64,000 bases of DNA from the NCBI GenBank assembly GCA_017882785.1, contig JADGOV010000002.1, positions 2,685 to 66,684 of the forward strand, read 5' to 3'. This DNA comes from Frankiaceae bacterium (GTDB taxonomy: Bacteria > Actinomycetota > Actinomycetes > JADGOV01). How positions within the stretch are numbered: position 1 is the first letter of the stretch; every line of letters starts with the position of its first letter. Of this stretch, positions 47,241-54,547 are shown piece after piece. The position numbers and the translations under genes were made by a program. The notes beneath the pieces are model-generated. The model saw only the letters and a list, made by a program, of their open reading frames with translations, made no database searches and had not been told where the DNA came from.

Positions 47241-47999
47241 ATGGACCAGCCGGCGCATCCGTTGCGCGAGCTCGCCGACCGGCCGGAGGTGGTCGAGGCA
47301 GCCGAGGCGGCCAGGGCGGCGGTCGATGCCTTGCTGGCCCACCGCGTGCTGCGGCGGCAGGCGAGCGCGGTCAGCGCTGAGTCGGCGCTGCGCGGCGCCC
47401 GTGCCTCCGCCGCACTGGCCGGGGCGGACATCTCGCTGGCGGCGCTCCGCGGGCTATCCGGAGCCGCCACCGACGACGCGAGCCGTGTCGTGCTCGGTGC
47501 GCTGCGGGTGTCCGCCGAGCTCGTGCCGCTCGCCGAGGTGTGGCAGCGAGCCCCGCTGCAGGCACTGGCCCGACTGCACGTCCTGGCCGCGGCGGACCTG
47601 ATGCCAGCAGCGGAGCTGGGGCGCCCGGCAGTGGCCGGGCCACGCCTGACCGGATTGGCGGAGCTGGTGACCGGGCCGGCGGGTGTGCCGGCTGTGGTGG
47701 AGGCCGCCGTGGTCCACGGCGAACTGCTGGCGCTCGCGCCTTTCCCGTGTGGAACGGGAGTGGTCGCCAGGGCGGCCAGTCGGCTGGTGCTGCGCTGTCG
47801 CGGCCTTGATCCCCGGTTACTCACCGTCCCGGAGGTTGGGGACGCGGAGTCGGCGGAGCGCTACACCCAGGTCGCGGACGGCTACCGGAGCGGCTCTGTT
47901 ACCGGCGTGATCGAGTGGGTTGTGCACTGCGCGCAGGCCCTACAGACCGGTGTCCGGGAGGCGACCGCCATCTGCGAGGCGCTGCTTCGGTCAGCGTGA
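47241..47999 (+). CDS. conserved hypothetical protein with degenerate Fic-like motif
   Basis: APFPCGTGVVARA lies where Fic proteins carry HPFx[D/E]GNGRxxR. The protein is helical and Ala-rich. The start is 47241 (MDQPAHPL) or 47208. Confidence 0.55.
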   Translation: MDQPAHPLRELADRPEVVEAAEAARAAVDALLAHRVLRRQASAVSAESALRGARASAALAGADISLAALRGLSGAATDDASRVVLGALRVSAELVPLAEVWQRAPLQALARLHVLAAADLMPAAELGRPAVAGPRLTGLAELVTGPAGVPAVVEAAVVHGELLALAPFPCGTGVVARAASRLVLRCRGLDPRLLTVPEVGDAESAERYTQVADGYRSGSVTGVIEWVVHCAQALQTGVREATAICEALLRSA

Positions 48000-48041
48000 G
48001 CAGACTCGTGCAGCAACTCGTGTCGTGCAGCCACTCGTGCA

Positions 48042-48071
48042 AACGGCGTCCCGCAAGCGCGGGACGCCGTT
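48042..48071 (+). terminator. terminator-like hairpin after the Fic-like gene
   Basis: Perfect 13-bp stem (aacggcgtcccgc / gcgggacgccgtt) with a 4-nt loop. No U-tract. Confidence 0.5.
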
Positions 48072-48283
48072 GCTGACTCGGCAGGCGGGTGAACAAGCGC
48101 CCTTTGCGCCGGGGGCTCGCGGACGAGACCTCCCGGCGGTGCCTCTCGCGGCCGGTCGCACGTGGGTGCCCGCCTCCGGGTGCGGACTCCGGCCATCTCG
48201 CGATGAGCGCAGCCCGTGGTTCATTCATACGCTCCTTGACTGCGGTTGGGAATCCGCCGTTCGGATATTTCTCCGGTCGGTGT

Positions 48284-48312
48284 TTGTCCCTCCGGAAGGA
48301 CTGGAATAGGTT
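48284..48312 (+). promoter_or_regulatory. candidate sigma-70-type promoter of the 6C RNA (TTGTCC-N17-TAGGTT)
   Basis: The hexamers were read directly. The predicted TSS is about 6-7 nt downstream, at the base of the first 6C hairpin. Confidence 0.4.
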
Positions 48313-48317
48313 GACCA

Positions 48318-48420
48318 GCGGCGATCACCTCCCCCCCGATCGCCGCCGGTCCGGCTCTACCCCCCCGGAGCCGGACACAGAGCGACCCCCGCCCACCCCC
48401 GTGGCGGGGGTCGCTCGCTG
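48318..48420 (+). ncRNA. 6C: 6C small RNA (Rfam 6C family; Mtb B11/ncRv13660c equivalent)
   Basis: Hairpin 1 has the 9-bp stem GCGGCGATC/GATCGCCGC and loop ACCTCCCCCCC. Hairpin 2 has the 9-bp stem GTCCGGCTC/GAGCCGGAC and loop TACCCCCCCG. Hairpin 3 has the 12-bp stem GCGACCCCCGCC/GGCGGGGGTCGC and loop CACCCCCGT. Located upstream of ssd on the same strand. Confidence 0.75.
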
Positions 48421-48550
48421 TCCACAGCCTGACCCCTGCTTTCTGGGGGTTCGTCCACAGCGGGCGACCGGCCGGCGTCCGGCTATCGGCCGTGACGCGC
48501 ATGGTGGCTGGACCGGCGTCATCGGGACGTCATCATGAGAGGTCGCCGCC

Positions 48551-49648
48551 ATGACGTCCATTGCTCGTGCGCACCCCAACTCGGCTCGACCCCTGCTGGT
48601 CACTCGGGACGCGGCACTGCTGGAGGACGTGGTTCGGATTGCGGCCACCGTCGGGTTGGAGCTCGACGTCTACCCGGAGGCCCCTGCCGCGCGGGAGCTC
48701 TGGCCACTCGCACCGACTGTGCTGGTCGGTGAGGACGCGGCCGGCGCCTTGGTGGCGGCCGGCGTCCCACGTCGCGCCGATGTCGTGCTGTTCGGCACCG
48801 ACCTCGACGACGCCGACATCTGGGAACGGGCGGTGCGGCTCGGGGCCGGACAGGTCGTGTTCCTGCCCGACGCCGAGGAGTGGCTGGCAGAGGTGTTCGC
48901 CGACCTCGTGGAAGGCAAACCCGAGTCGGCTCCGGTGATCGGAGTCGTCGGTGGCCGCGGCGGCGCCGGCGCGACGACGCTGGCGGTCGGGCTTTCGGTC
49001 ACCGCGGCCCGGCAGGGCCGCCGGGTGGTCGTGGTGGACGCCGATCCCCTCGGCGGCGGCATCGACCTGGTGATCGGTGGCGAGACCTCGAGCGGCCTGC
49101 GGTGGCCCGATCTTGCTGGTACCAGCGGTCGGGTCAGCAGCCGGGCGCTGCTGGAGGCCCTGCCCACGACTGGCGACCTCACGGTGCTCTCCTGGGATCG
49201 GGGAGACGCGCTGTCGATTCCGCCCACGGCCATGGAGGCGCTGCTACCCGCGGCCCAGCGCGGCGCGGACCTGGTTGTCGTGGACCTGCCTCGACGGTTC
49301 GACGAGGCGGCGGCCCGGGCTGCCGACCGGGCATCGATGGTGTTGCTGGTCGTCCCCGCCGAGGTTCGGGCGGCTGCGGCGGCCTCCCGCGTCGCGGCCT
49401 CCGTGGCCGGCCACTGTGCCGACGTTCGGCTGGTCGTGCGCGGCCCTGCCCCTGGCCGGCTTGACGCCGGGGTGGTCGCGGAGTCGATCGGACTCCCGCT
49501 CGCCGGCTACCTGCGGCCCGAGCCCGGTTTGTCGGCGGCATTGGAACGAGGTGACGCCCCGGCGGCACGCGGCCGCGGTCCGCTCGCCGCCTTCTGTACC
49601 GCGTTCGTATCAGCACTGGACCTGACCGCCCCCCGCACAGCCGCCTGA
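48551..49648 (+). CDS. ssd: Ssd / CpaE-like septum-site-determining ATPase homologue
   Basis: Receiver-like N-terminal domain plus a MinD/ParA-like domain. Its P-loop position reads GGRGGAGATT, with no Lys. First gene of the Tad-like cluster. Confidence 0.8.
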   Translation: MTSIARAHPNSARPLLVTRDAALLEDVVRIAATVGLELDVYPEAPAARELWPLAPTVLVGEDAAGALVAAGVPRRADVVLFGTDLDDADIWERAVRLGAGQVVFLPDAEEWLAEVFADLVEGKPESAPVIGVVGGRGGAGATTLAVGLSVTAARQGRRVVVVDADPLGGGIDLVIGGETSSGLRWPDLAGTSGRVSSRALLEALPTTGDLTVLSWDRGDALSIPPTAMEALLPAAQRGADLVVVDLPRRFDEAAARAADRASMVLLVVPAEVRAAAAASRVAASVAGHCADVRLVVRGPAPGRLDAGVVAESIGLPLAGYLRPEPGLSAALERGDAPAARGRGPLAAFCTAFVSALDLTAPRTAA

Positions 49649-49651
49649 GTC

Positions 49652-50881
49652 GTGCTCAGCGACGCCGAACTCGTCGACCGGGTACGCAGTCGACTCGTCA
49701 CCTCGGGTGCGCCACCGACCCGGGCCGCGGTGGCAGCCGCGTTGCGCCATGAGGGTGGGGTGCGCGGTGATAACGAGATTGCCGCTGTGTTGGCTCGACT
49801 GGAATCCGAGCTTGTCGGAGCCGGTCCGCTGGAGGGCCTGCTCCGAGACCCCCAGGTCACCGACGTGCTGGTCAACGCGCCCGACGAGGTGTGGGTCGAC
49901 CGCGGCGCCGGCCTGGAGCGGGCCCGGCTGCGCCTTGCCGGCGAGGAGGGCCTCCGTCGGCTCGCCCAACGCCTGGCCGCCGCAAGCGGTCGCCGTCTGG
50001 ACGACGCCCAGCCCTTCGTCGATGCCCGGCTACCCGGCGGAGTCCGGCTGCACGCCGTGCTGCCCCCGGTTTCCCCCCGGGGCACCACGTTGTCGCTGCG
50101 GGTGCCCCGCCGGCAGGTCTTCAGTCTGCGCGAACTGACAGCGGTCGGATCCGTCCCACCCGCCCTGGCCAGACTGCTGGCGCTTGTCGTCCACACCCAT
50201 CTGGCCTTCGTGATCAGTGGCGGCACGGGCAGCGGCAAGACGACGCTGCTGTCCGCCCTGCTCGGCGAAACCGACTCCGGCGACCGGGTGCTGCTGGTCG
50301 AGGACTCCGGTGAATTGCGGCCGTCCTGCCCGCACGTCGTGCGGCTGGAGGCGCGCGGCGCTAACGCCGAGGGAGCCGGCGAGGTGACGCTGCGTGACCT
50401 GGTCCGGCAGGCCTTGCGCATGCGGCCGGACCGCATCGTCGTGGGTGAGGTGCGCGGCGCTGAGGTGGTCGACCTGCTCTCCGCACTCAACACCGGACAC
50501 GAGGGTGGTTGCGGCACCGTGCACGCCAACAGCGCCGCCGACGTACCGGCTCGGCTGGAGGCACTGGGCGCCGTCGCGGGGATGTCCCGCGCGGCACTGC
50601 ACAGTCAGCTCGCTTCCGCCCTCGACCTGGGCATTCATCTGAGGCGCGGCGCCGACGGCCTCCGCCGGGTCGAGGAGATCGTTCTGCTGGAAGCCGGCGC
50701 GGACGGGCTGGTCCGCACTGTCGACGCCCTCACCGTCGTCGACGCCACCCTGCGCCCGGGCCGCGGCGCCCAAGCGCTGCACCGCTTGTTGGGCGCCCGC
50801 GGGGCTCCGGCCGCGGACCTGGCGGCCTGCGGGCTCATCGAGGCAGCGAGGACCCATCCACCCCAGTTCCCGCGACCGTGA
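49652..50881 (+). CDS. tadA: TadA/CpaF-type secretion ATPase
   Basis: Walker A (SGGTGSGKTTLL), Walker B (VLLVEDSGEL) and His box (GHEGGCGTVHANS). Confidence 0.9.
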   Translation: MLSDAELVDRVRSRLVTSGAPPTRAAVAAALRHEGGVRGDNEIAAVLARLESELVGAGPLEGLLRDPQVTDVLVNAPDEVWVDRGAGLERARLRLAGEEGLRRLAQRLAAASGRRLDDAQPFVDARLPGGVRLHAVLPPVSPRGTTLSLRVPRRQVFSLRELTAVGSVPPALARLLALVVHTHLAFVISGGTGSGKTTLLSALLGETDSGDRVLLVEDSGELRPSCPHVVRLEARGANAEGAGEVTLRDLVRQALRMRPDRIVVGEVRGAEVVDLLSALNTGHEGGCGTVHANSAADVPARLEALGAVAGMSRAALHSQLASALDLGIHLRRGADGLRRVEEIVLLEAGADGLVRTVDALTVVDATLRPGRGAQALHRLLGARGAPAADLAACGLIEAARTHPPQFPRP

Positions 50882-51714
50882 CGGCGGTGGCGCTCGTGGC
50901 AACGGCGGCTGCCTTCGGTGCGGCCGCGCTTCTCCTCGACGACGGCCGTGATCGATTGCGGCGCGTGCTGTCCAGCCGAGAGGGACCCGCTGCGCCACGG
51001 GGTGCCGTTGCCCTCCAGGTCGCCCGGACCGTCACGACTCGACCGCCGTTGGCTGCGCTGATCGCTGCGGCCGGGGGGATGGCGCTGGCCGGCCCCGTCG
51101 CGGGTGCTCTCGCCGCGGTGGTCGCCGCGTTGGTCGCCCGTGCGCTGGCCCAGCGCCAGACCGCTCGAGCGACGAGCGCGGCGGTGTCCTCGGCCGCCCG
51201 CGCCGTGAGCGGGTTCGCGGCCGAGCTTCGAGCGGGGCGCAACCCGATTCAGGCGCTGGGCGCCATCGCCGCGACGGCGCCGCCGGGAATCGCCGGGCCA
51301 CTGGGCGCGGCCGCTGGCGCGGTGCGGTTGGGCGCCGACCCCTCGACGGCACTCCGCCAGCACGCCACCGAGGTCCCGGCGATGGAGCGTCTGGCGGCCT
51401 GTTGGCGGGTGTCGGCCCGAACGGGGGCCGGGCTGGCGGAGGTGGCCGACGCCCTCGCGGTCGATCTGCATTCGGCGCAACGGCGGCATGGCGAAATGGC
51501 TGTTGAGGTGGCCGCGTCCCGGGCGACTGCCACGCTGCTCGCCGCGCTCCCGGCGGTGGGCATCGCACTCGGCTCCTCGCTGGGCGCCCATCCATTGCAT
51601 TTTCTGCTGCACACCGCTGTCGGTGCGGGAGTCCTTTGCGTCGGGATGCTGTTCGAGGTGACCGGCCTGCTATGGACCGATCGGATGATCAGAGGCGTGG
51701 AGAAGCCCCCGTGA
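50878..51714 (+). CDS. TadB-like type II secretion system F-family membrane protein
   Basis: GTG 50878 overlaps the tadA stop (GTGA). N-terminal TM segment, a T2SSF-like helical domain and C-terminal TM helices. Confidence 0.7.
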   Translation: MTAVALVATAAAFGAAALLLDDGRDRLRRVLSSREGPAAPRGAVALQVARTVTTRPPLAALIAAAGGMALAGPVAGALAAVVAALVARALAQRQTARATSAAVSSAARAVSGFAAELRAGRNPIQALGAIAATAPPGIAGPLGAAAGAVRLGADPSTALRQHATEVPAMERLAACWRVSARTGAGLAEVADALAVDLHSAQRRHGEMAVEVAASRATATLLAALPAVGIALGSSLGAHPLHFLLHTAVGAGVLCVGMLFEVTGLLWTDRMIRGVEKPP

Positions 51715-52664
51715 GCTCGATTCTGGCGGCTGCGTTGGCAGCCGCGGCGACACTGGCAGCCGTCCCGAGCCCGCAGTCTCGCCGTCGGTTGCAAGGGTTG
51801 GCGCCGCCGAGGAACCGGGCTGCCCCGGCCTCCTCCGGCGGCGTCGTCGGTGATGTCCGCGAGCGAGCCGGTCCGGTCCGTCGATGGCGGCCGCCCCCGC
51901 CAGCGCTGGCCCACGCCGGGGGCGGACGGGACGCAAGACGGTCGCAGCCCGTCGACGGAACTGGTCAGGGTCGCCGGCGTCCCCTCCGTGGCAGCCGTGG
52001 CCAGGGTCGTCGCCGAGGGCCCGGCGGCAAGGCGGGGTGTCGGGCCGAGGCCCCCCCGCTGTTGCTCACACCCGCTGCACGTCGGGTGCTGGGGGGGATG
52101 GCCGGCCTTGGACTCTGGGTAAGCGTCGGCGGTGTGCTGGGACTGGTGCTGGCGCTCGCCGCGATGGCAGCCCTGCCGCGGCTGATCGCGCGGTTACCCG
52201 ATCCCGGGACAGCCGCTCGCCTGAGACGGATCGCCGACGACGTCCCGCTGACCCTGGACCTCATCACGTCCTGTCTGCGGGCCGGAGCGCCGCTGAGCAC
52301 TGCCGTGCGCGCGGTCGGCGGGGAGGTTGGCGGGCCGCTGTCCGCAGTCCTCGCCGACGTCGCCGGTCACCTCGACCTCGGCGCCGCTCCGGTGGTCGCC
52401 TGGCGTCGCGCGGGGGAACTGCCGCCGCTGCAACCGGTCGTGGAGACGGTCATTCGGGTGGGTGACAGCGGGGCCGCGTTGGCGCCCGCGTTCGCCCAGC
52501 TCGCGGCCGAGGAGCGCGAGCGCGCTCGGCGGGCTCAGGAGGTCGCGGTGCGCCGGATCGGCGTCTTCGTGGTCATCCCCCTCGGTCTCTGCTTCCTCCC
52601 CGCGTTTCTCCTCATCGGCGTGGTACCCATCGTCGCCGGGTTGGTCAGCGGACTGCTGATCTGA
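51711..52664 (+). CDS. TadC-like membrane protein (start uncertain)
   Basis: GTG 51711 overlaps the tadB stop. The C-terminal 190 aa (from about 52086) look T2SSF-like and end in a TM segment (IGVFVVIPLGLCFLPAFLLIGVVPIVAGL). Codons about 20-120 are Arg/Gly/Pro-rich. Confidence 0.6.
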   Translation: MSSILAAALAAAATLAAVPSPQSRRRLQGLAPPRNRAAPASSGGVVGDVRERAGPVRRWRPPPPALAHAGGGRDARRSQPVDGTGQGRRRPLRGSRGQGRRRGPGGKAGCRAEAPPLLLTPAARRVLGGMAGLGLWVSVGGVLGLVLALAAMAALPRLIARLPDPGTAARLRRIADDVPLTLDLITSCLRAGAPLSTAVRAVGGEVGGPLSAVLADVAGHLDLGAAPVVAWRRAGELPPLQPVVETVIRVGDSGAALAPAFAQLAAEERERARRAQEVAVRRIGVFVVIPLGLCFLPAFLLIGVVPIVAGLVSGLLI

Positions 52665-52815
52665 GTTACGCACAACATCTTGAGGCAGCCGTGAGGTCCC
52701 CTCCACAGCAGGCGACAAGTGCATTGGCCTCGTCGTCGGGCCGGCGGAGGCTACTCCTGCCCGGGCCTTTCGGGCGCCGGCCGGCCGGCTCGCCGGACAG
52801 CACAAGGAGGACGAC

Positions 52816-52998
52816 ATGGCTCGGATCCACGCTCTGGTGCGTCAGGGTGAGGCCGGAATGAGCACCGCGGAATACGCCATCGGCGTCTGTGGGGCGGGCG
52901 GCTTCGCCGGCTTGCTCTACAAGCTGCTTACCAGTACCTGGGGCGAGCACATCTTCAGCTCGATCGCCAACAAGGTCTTCAGCGTGCTGGGGCTGTAA
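52816..52998 (+). CDS. Flp-type pilin-like protein (DUF4244, Rv3656c-like)
   Basis: AAGGAGG RBS. 60 aa with the G/MSTAEYA processing-site motif and a hydrophobic helix. Confidence 0.8.
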   Translation: MARIHALVRQGEAGMSTAEYAIGVCGAGGFAGLLYKLLTSTWGEHIFSSIANKVFSVLGL

Positions 52999-53020
52999 GG
53001 GGCGCTGCCTGACGTCGAGG

Positions 53021-53057
53021 TCCGCGGCCGGTTCGTCCTGCGCCTATCGGCCGCGGA
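53021..53057 (+). terminator. stem-loop after the pilin gene (possible attenuator)
   Basis: Perfect 10-bp stem (tccgcggccg / cggccgcgga) with a 17-nt loop, flanked by the direct repeat cgtcgagg (53013-53020 and 53063-53070). Confidence 0.45.
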
Positions 53058-53127
53058 TCCAGCGTCGAGGACGCGGTCCGGTCCCCTACGGCGTTCCGCC
53101 GCCGACCGGGCCCACGGAGGCTCGGGG

Positions 53128-53177
53128 TTTCGCACAGGTTCTCGCACTGGATTCGCACGAGGTTCGGCATCGACAGG
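53128..53177. repeat. four phased direct repeats (core TTCGCAC..GG) at 11-12 bp spacing
   Basis: ttcgcacagg / ttctcgcactgg / attcgcacgagg / ttcggcatcgacagg, ending in the RBS of the tadE-like gene. Confidence 0.8.
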
Positions 53178-53185
53178 AGTATCGC

Positions 53186-53626
53186 GTGAGTGAGGCAAAG
53201 GTGTTGGGCGATCAGAGGGGCTGCCAGCGGCGCCAGGCGGACGGTGGCATGGTGACGGCGGAGACAGCCATCCTGCTGCCGGCGCTCGCGCTGCTGCTGG
53301 CCGGCATGCTCTGGGTGATCGCCGGAGTGATGGGCGAGTTGCGCTGTCTCGACGCTGCACGCGAGACCGCCCGGGTGACGGCGCGTGGAGACTCTGCGGA
53401 GGCGGCGCAGCAACTTGCCCGTCGGCTGGCCCCGGCCGGCGCGGCCGTACGCATCTCGCGCTCCGGCGGCGAGGTCACCGCCGAGGTGAGTGCCTACCAG
53501 CCGGTATTCGGTGGCTGGGTCGGCCGACTGGGACGCCTCCCGTTGCACGCGTCCGCGACCGTCACCGACGAGGCAACGACCGGTCCAACGACGCCCGTTA
53601 GCGACACCTCAGGGGCGGCTCGGTGA
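53186..53626 (+). CDS. TadE-family minor-pilin-like protein (Rv3655c-like)
   Basis: GTG 53186 with AGGAG upstream. GGMVTAETAILLPALALLLAGMLWV N-terminal motif. Confidence 0.7.
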   Translation: MSEAKVLGDQRGCQRRQADGGMVTAETAILLPALALLLAGMLWVIAGVMGELRCLDAARETARVTARGDSAEAAQQLARRLAPAGAAVRISRSGGEVTAEVSAYQPVFGGWVGRLGRLPLHASATVTDEATTGPTTPVSDTSGAAR

Positions 53627-54057
53627 TCCCCCGTCGGGTCCGCCGGCGACCCGCACCGGCTCACGCCGGGACGCGGCGGCGCCGGGGAGACGGGGAGGGT
53701 GGGTCGGGCACCGTCCTCGTGCTGGTTGTCGCCATGCTGGTGCTCGCCGCAGCCGGCACCGCAGCGCTCGCCGGTGTCGCGACGGCGGTCCGGCACCGGG
53801 CCGAGACCGCTGCCGATCTGGCCGCCCTCTCCGCCGCCGCCGCGGCAGCGCGCGGCGGTGCAGCGTGCCCCACCGCTGCCGGAGTGGCTGCGGCCAACGG
53901 CGCTGCGATGGCTACCTGTCGGGTCGAGGGGTGGACCGTCGATGTCTCGGTCCATCTGCAGCCGAGAGGTCCCTTGGGCGCGCTACCGGCTGCGCACGCC
54001 TCCGCCCGCGCCGGGCCTGTCTCGCTGGGCGGCGCCCCACCCGACAGCGAGCCGTGA
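53623..54057 (+). CDS. Rv3654c-family TadE-like protein
   Basis: GTGA overlap with the upstream gene. Basic N-terminus, then GSGTVLVLVVAMLVLAAAG...AETAADLAALSAA...C..A..A.ANGA.....V. Confidence 0.7.
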   Translation: MIPRRVRRRPAPAHAGTRRRRGDGEGGSGTVLVLVVAMLVLAAAGTAALAGVATAVRHRAETAADLAALSAAAAAARGGAACPTAAGVAAANGAAMATCRVEGWTVDVSVHLQPRGPLGALPAAHASARAGPVSLGGAPPDSEP

Positions 54058-54100
54058 GGAGCCGAGTCGGTCAGCCGCTAGCCGTCACTCGGCCGACGGG

Positions 54101-54481
54101 TTACCGGGGTCGCGGCGAACCGCCGCCGGGCTCCTCGTCATACGGCGAGACGGAAGCGGTGGCCGCGCGCTCTTGCTCCAGCTGCCGAGCCAGCCTGGCG
54201 TTCTCCTCCGCCAGCGTCTCCTTCTGCGTCTGGGTCTCACGCAGCGTCGACTTGCGTGCTGCCGCCTTCCGACGGTTGCGCGAGGCTCCACCGAGCACCA
54301 GCCAGAGGCCGAGGGCGAGGACCAGGGCCGTGATCGCGCCAGCGAGGAAGATGCCACCCAGCGACAGACTGCTGACGGTCTGGTTGAAGATCGTGCCGCC
54401 GGTGTGGTGGGTGTTCTCCAGCACGATGTCGGTGCCGAGTACCACCGCCGCGAGAATCAACAGCAGTCCGAGGACGACCAT
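54101..54481 (-). CDS. two-TM + coiled-coil (LapA-domain-like) membrane protein
   Basis: MVVLGLLLILAAVVLG...IFLAGAITALVLALGLWLVLGG, then a charged helix (ETQTQKETLAEENARLARQLEQE). Confidence 0.5.
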   Translation of the reverse strand: MVVLGLLLILAAVVLGTDIVLENTHHTGGTIFNQTVSSLSLGGIFLAGAITALVLALGLWLVLGGASRNRRKAAARKSTLRETQTQKETLAEENARLARQLEQERAATASVSPYDEEPGGGSPRPR

Positions 54482-54547
54482 GGAGAACCCCTTTCCGGGT
54501 TGCCGGGGTTGCAGCCTTTCCGATCAGATACCCCTTGCGCCAGTCAG

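Noticed and set aside
47899-48228. Minus-strand ORF preceded by a good AAGGAG Shine-Dalgarno in a locally AT-richer patch (48215-48240)
   Set aside because: The ORF runs through the 13-bp terminator hairpin and into the 3' end of the Fic-like gene. Its translation is Arg/Pro-rich. The SD-to-ATG spacing is only 3 nt. The AT-richer patch more likely belongs to the promoter-bearing region upstream of the 6C RNA.
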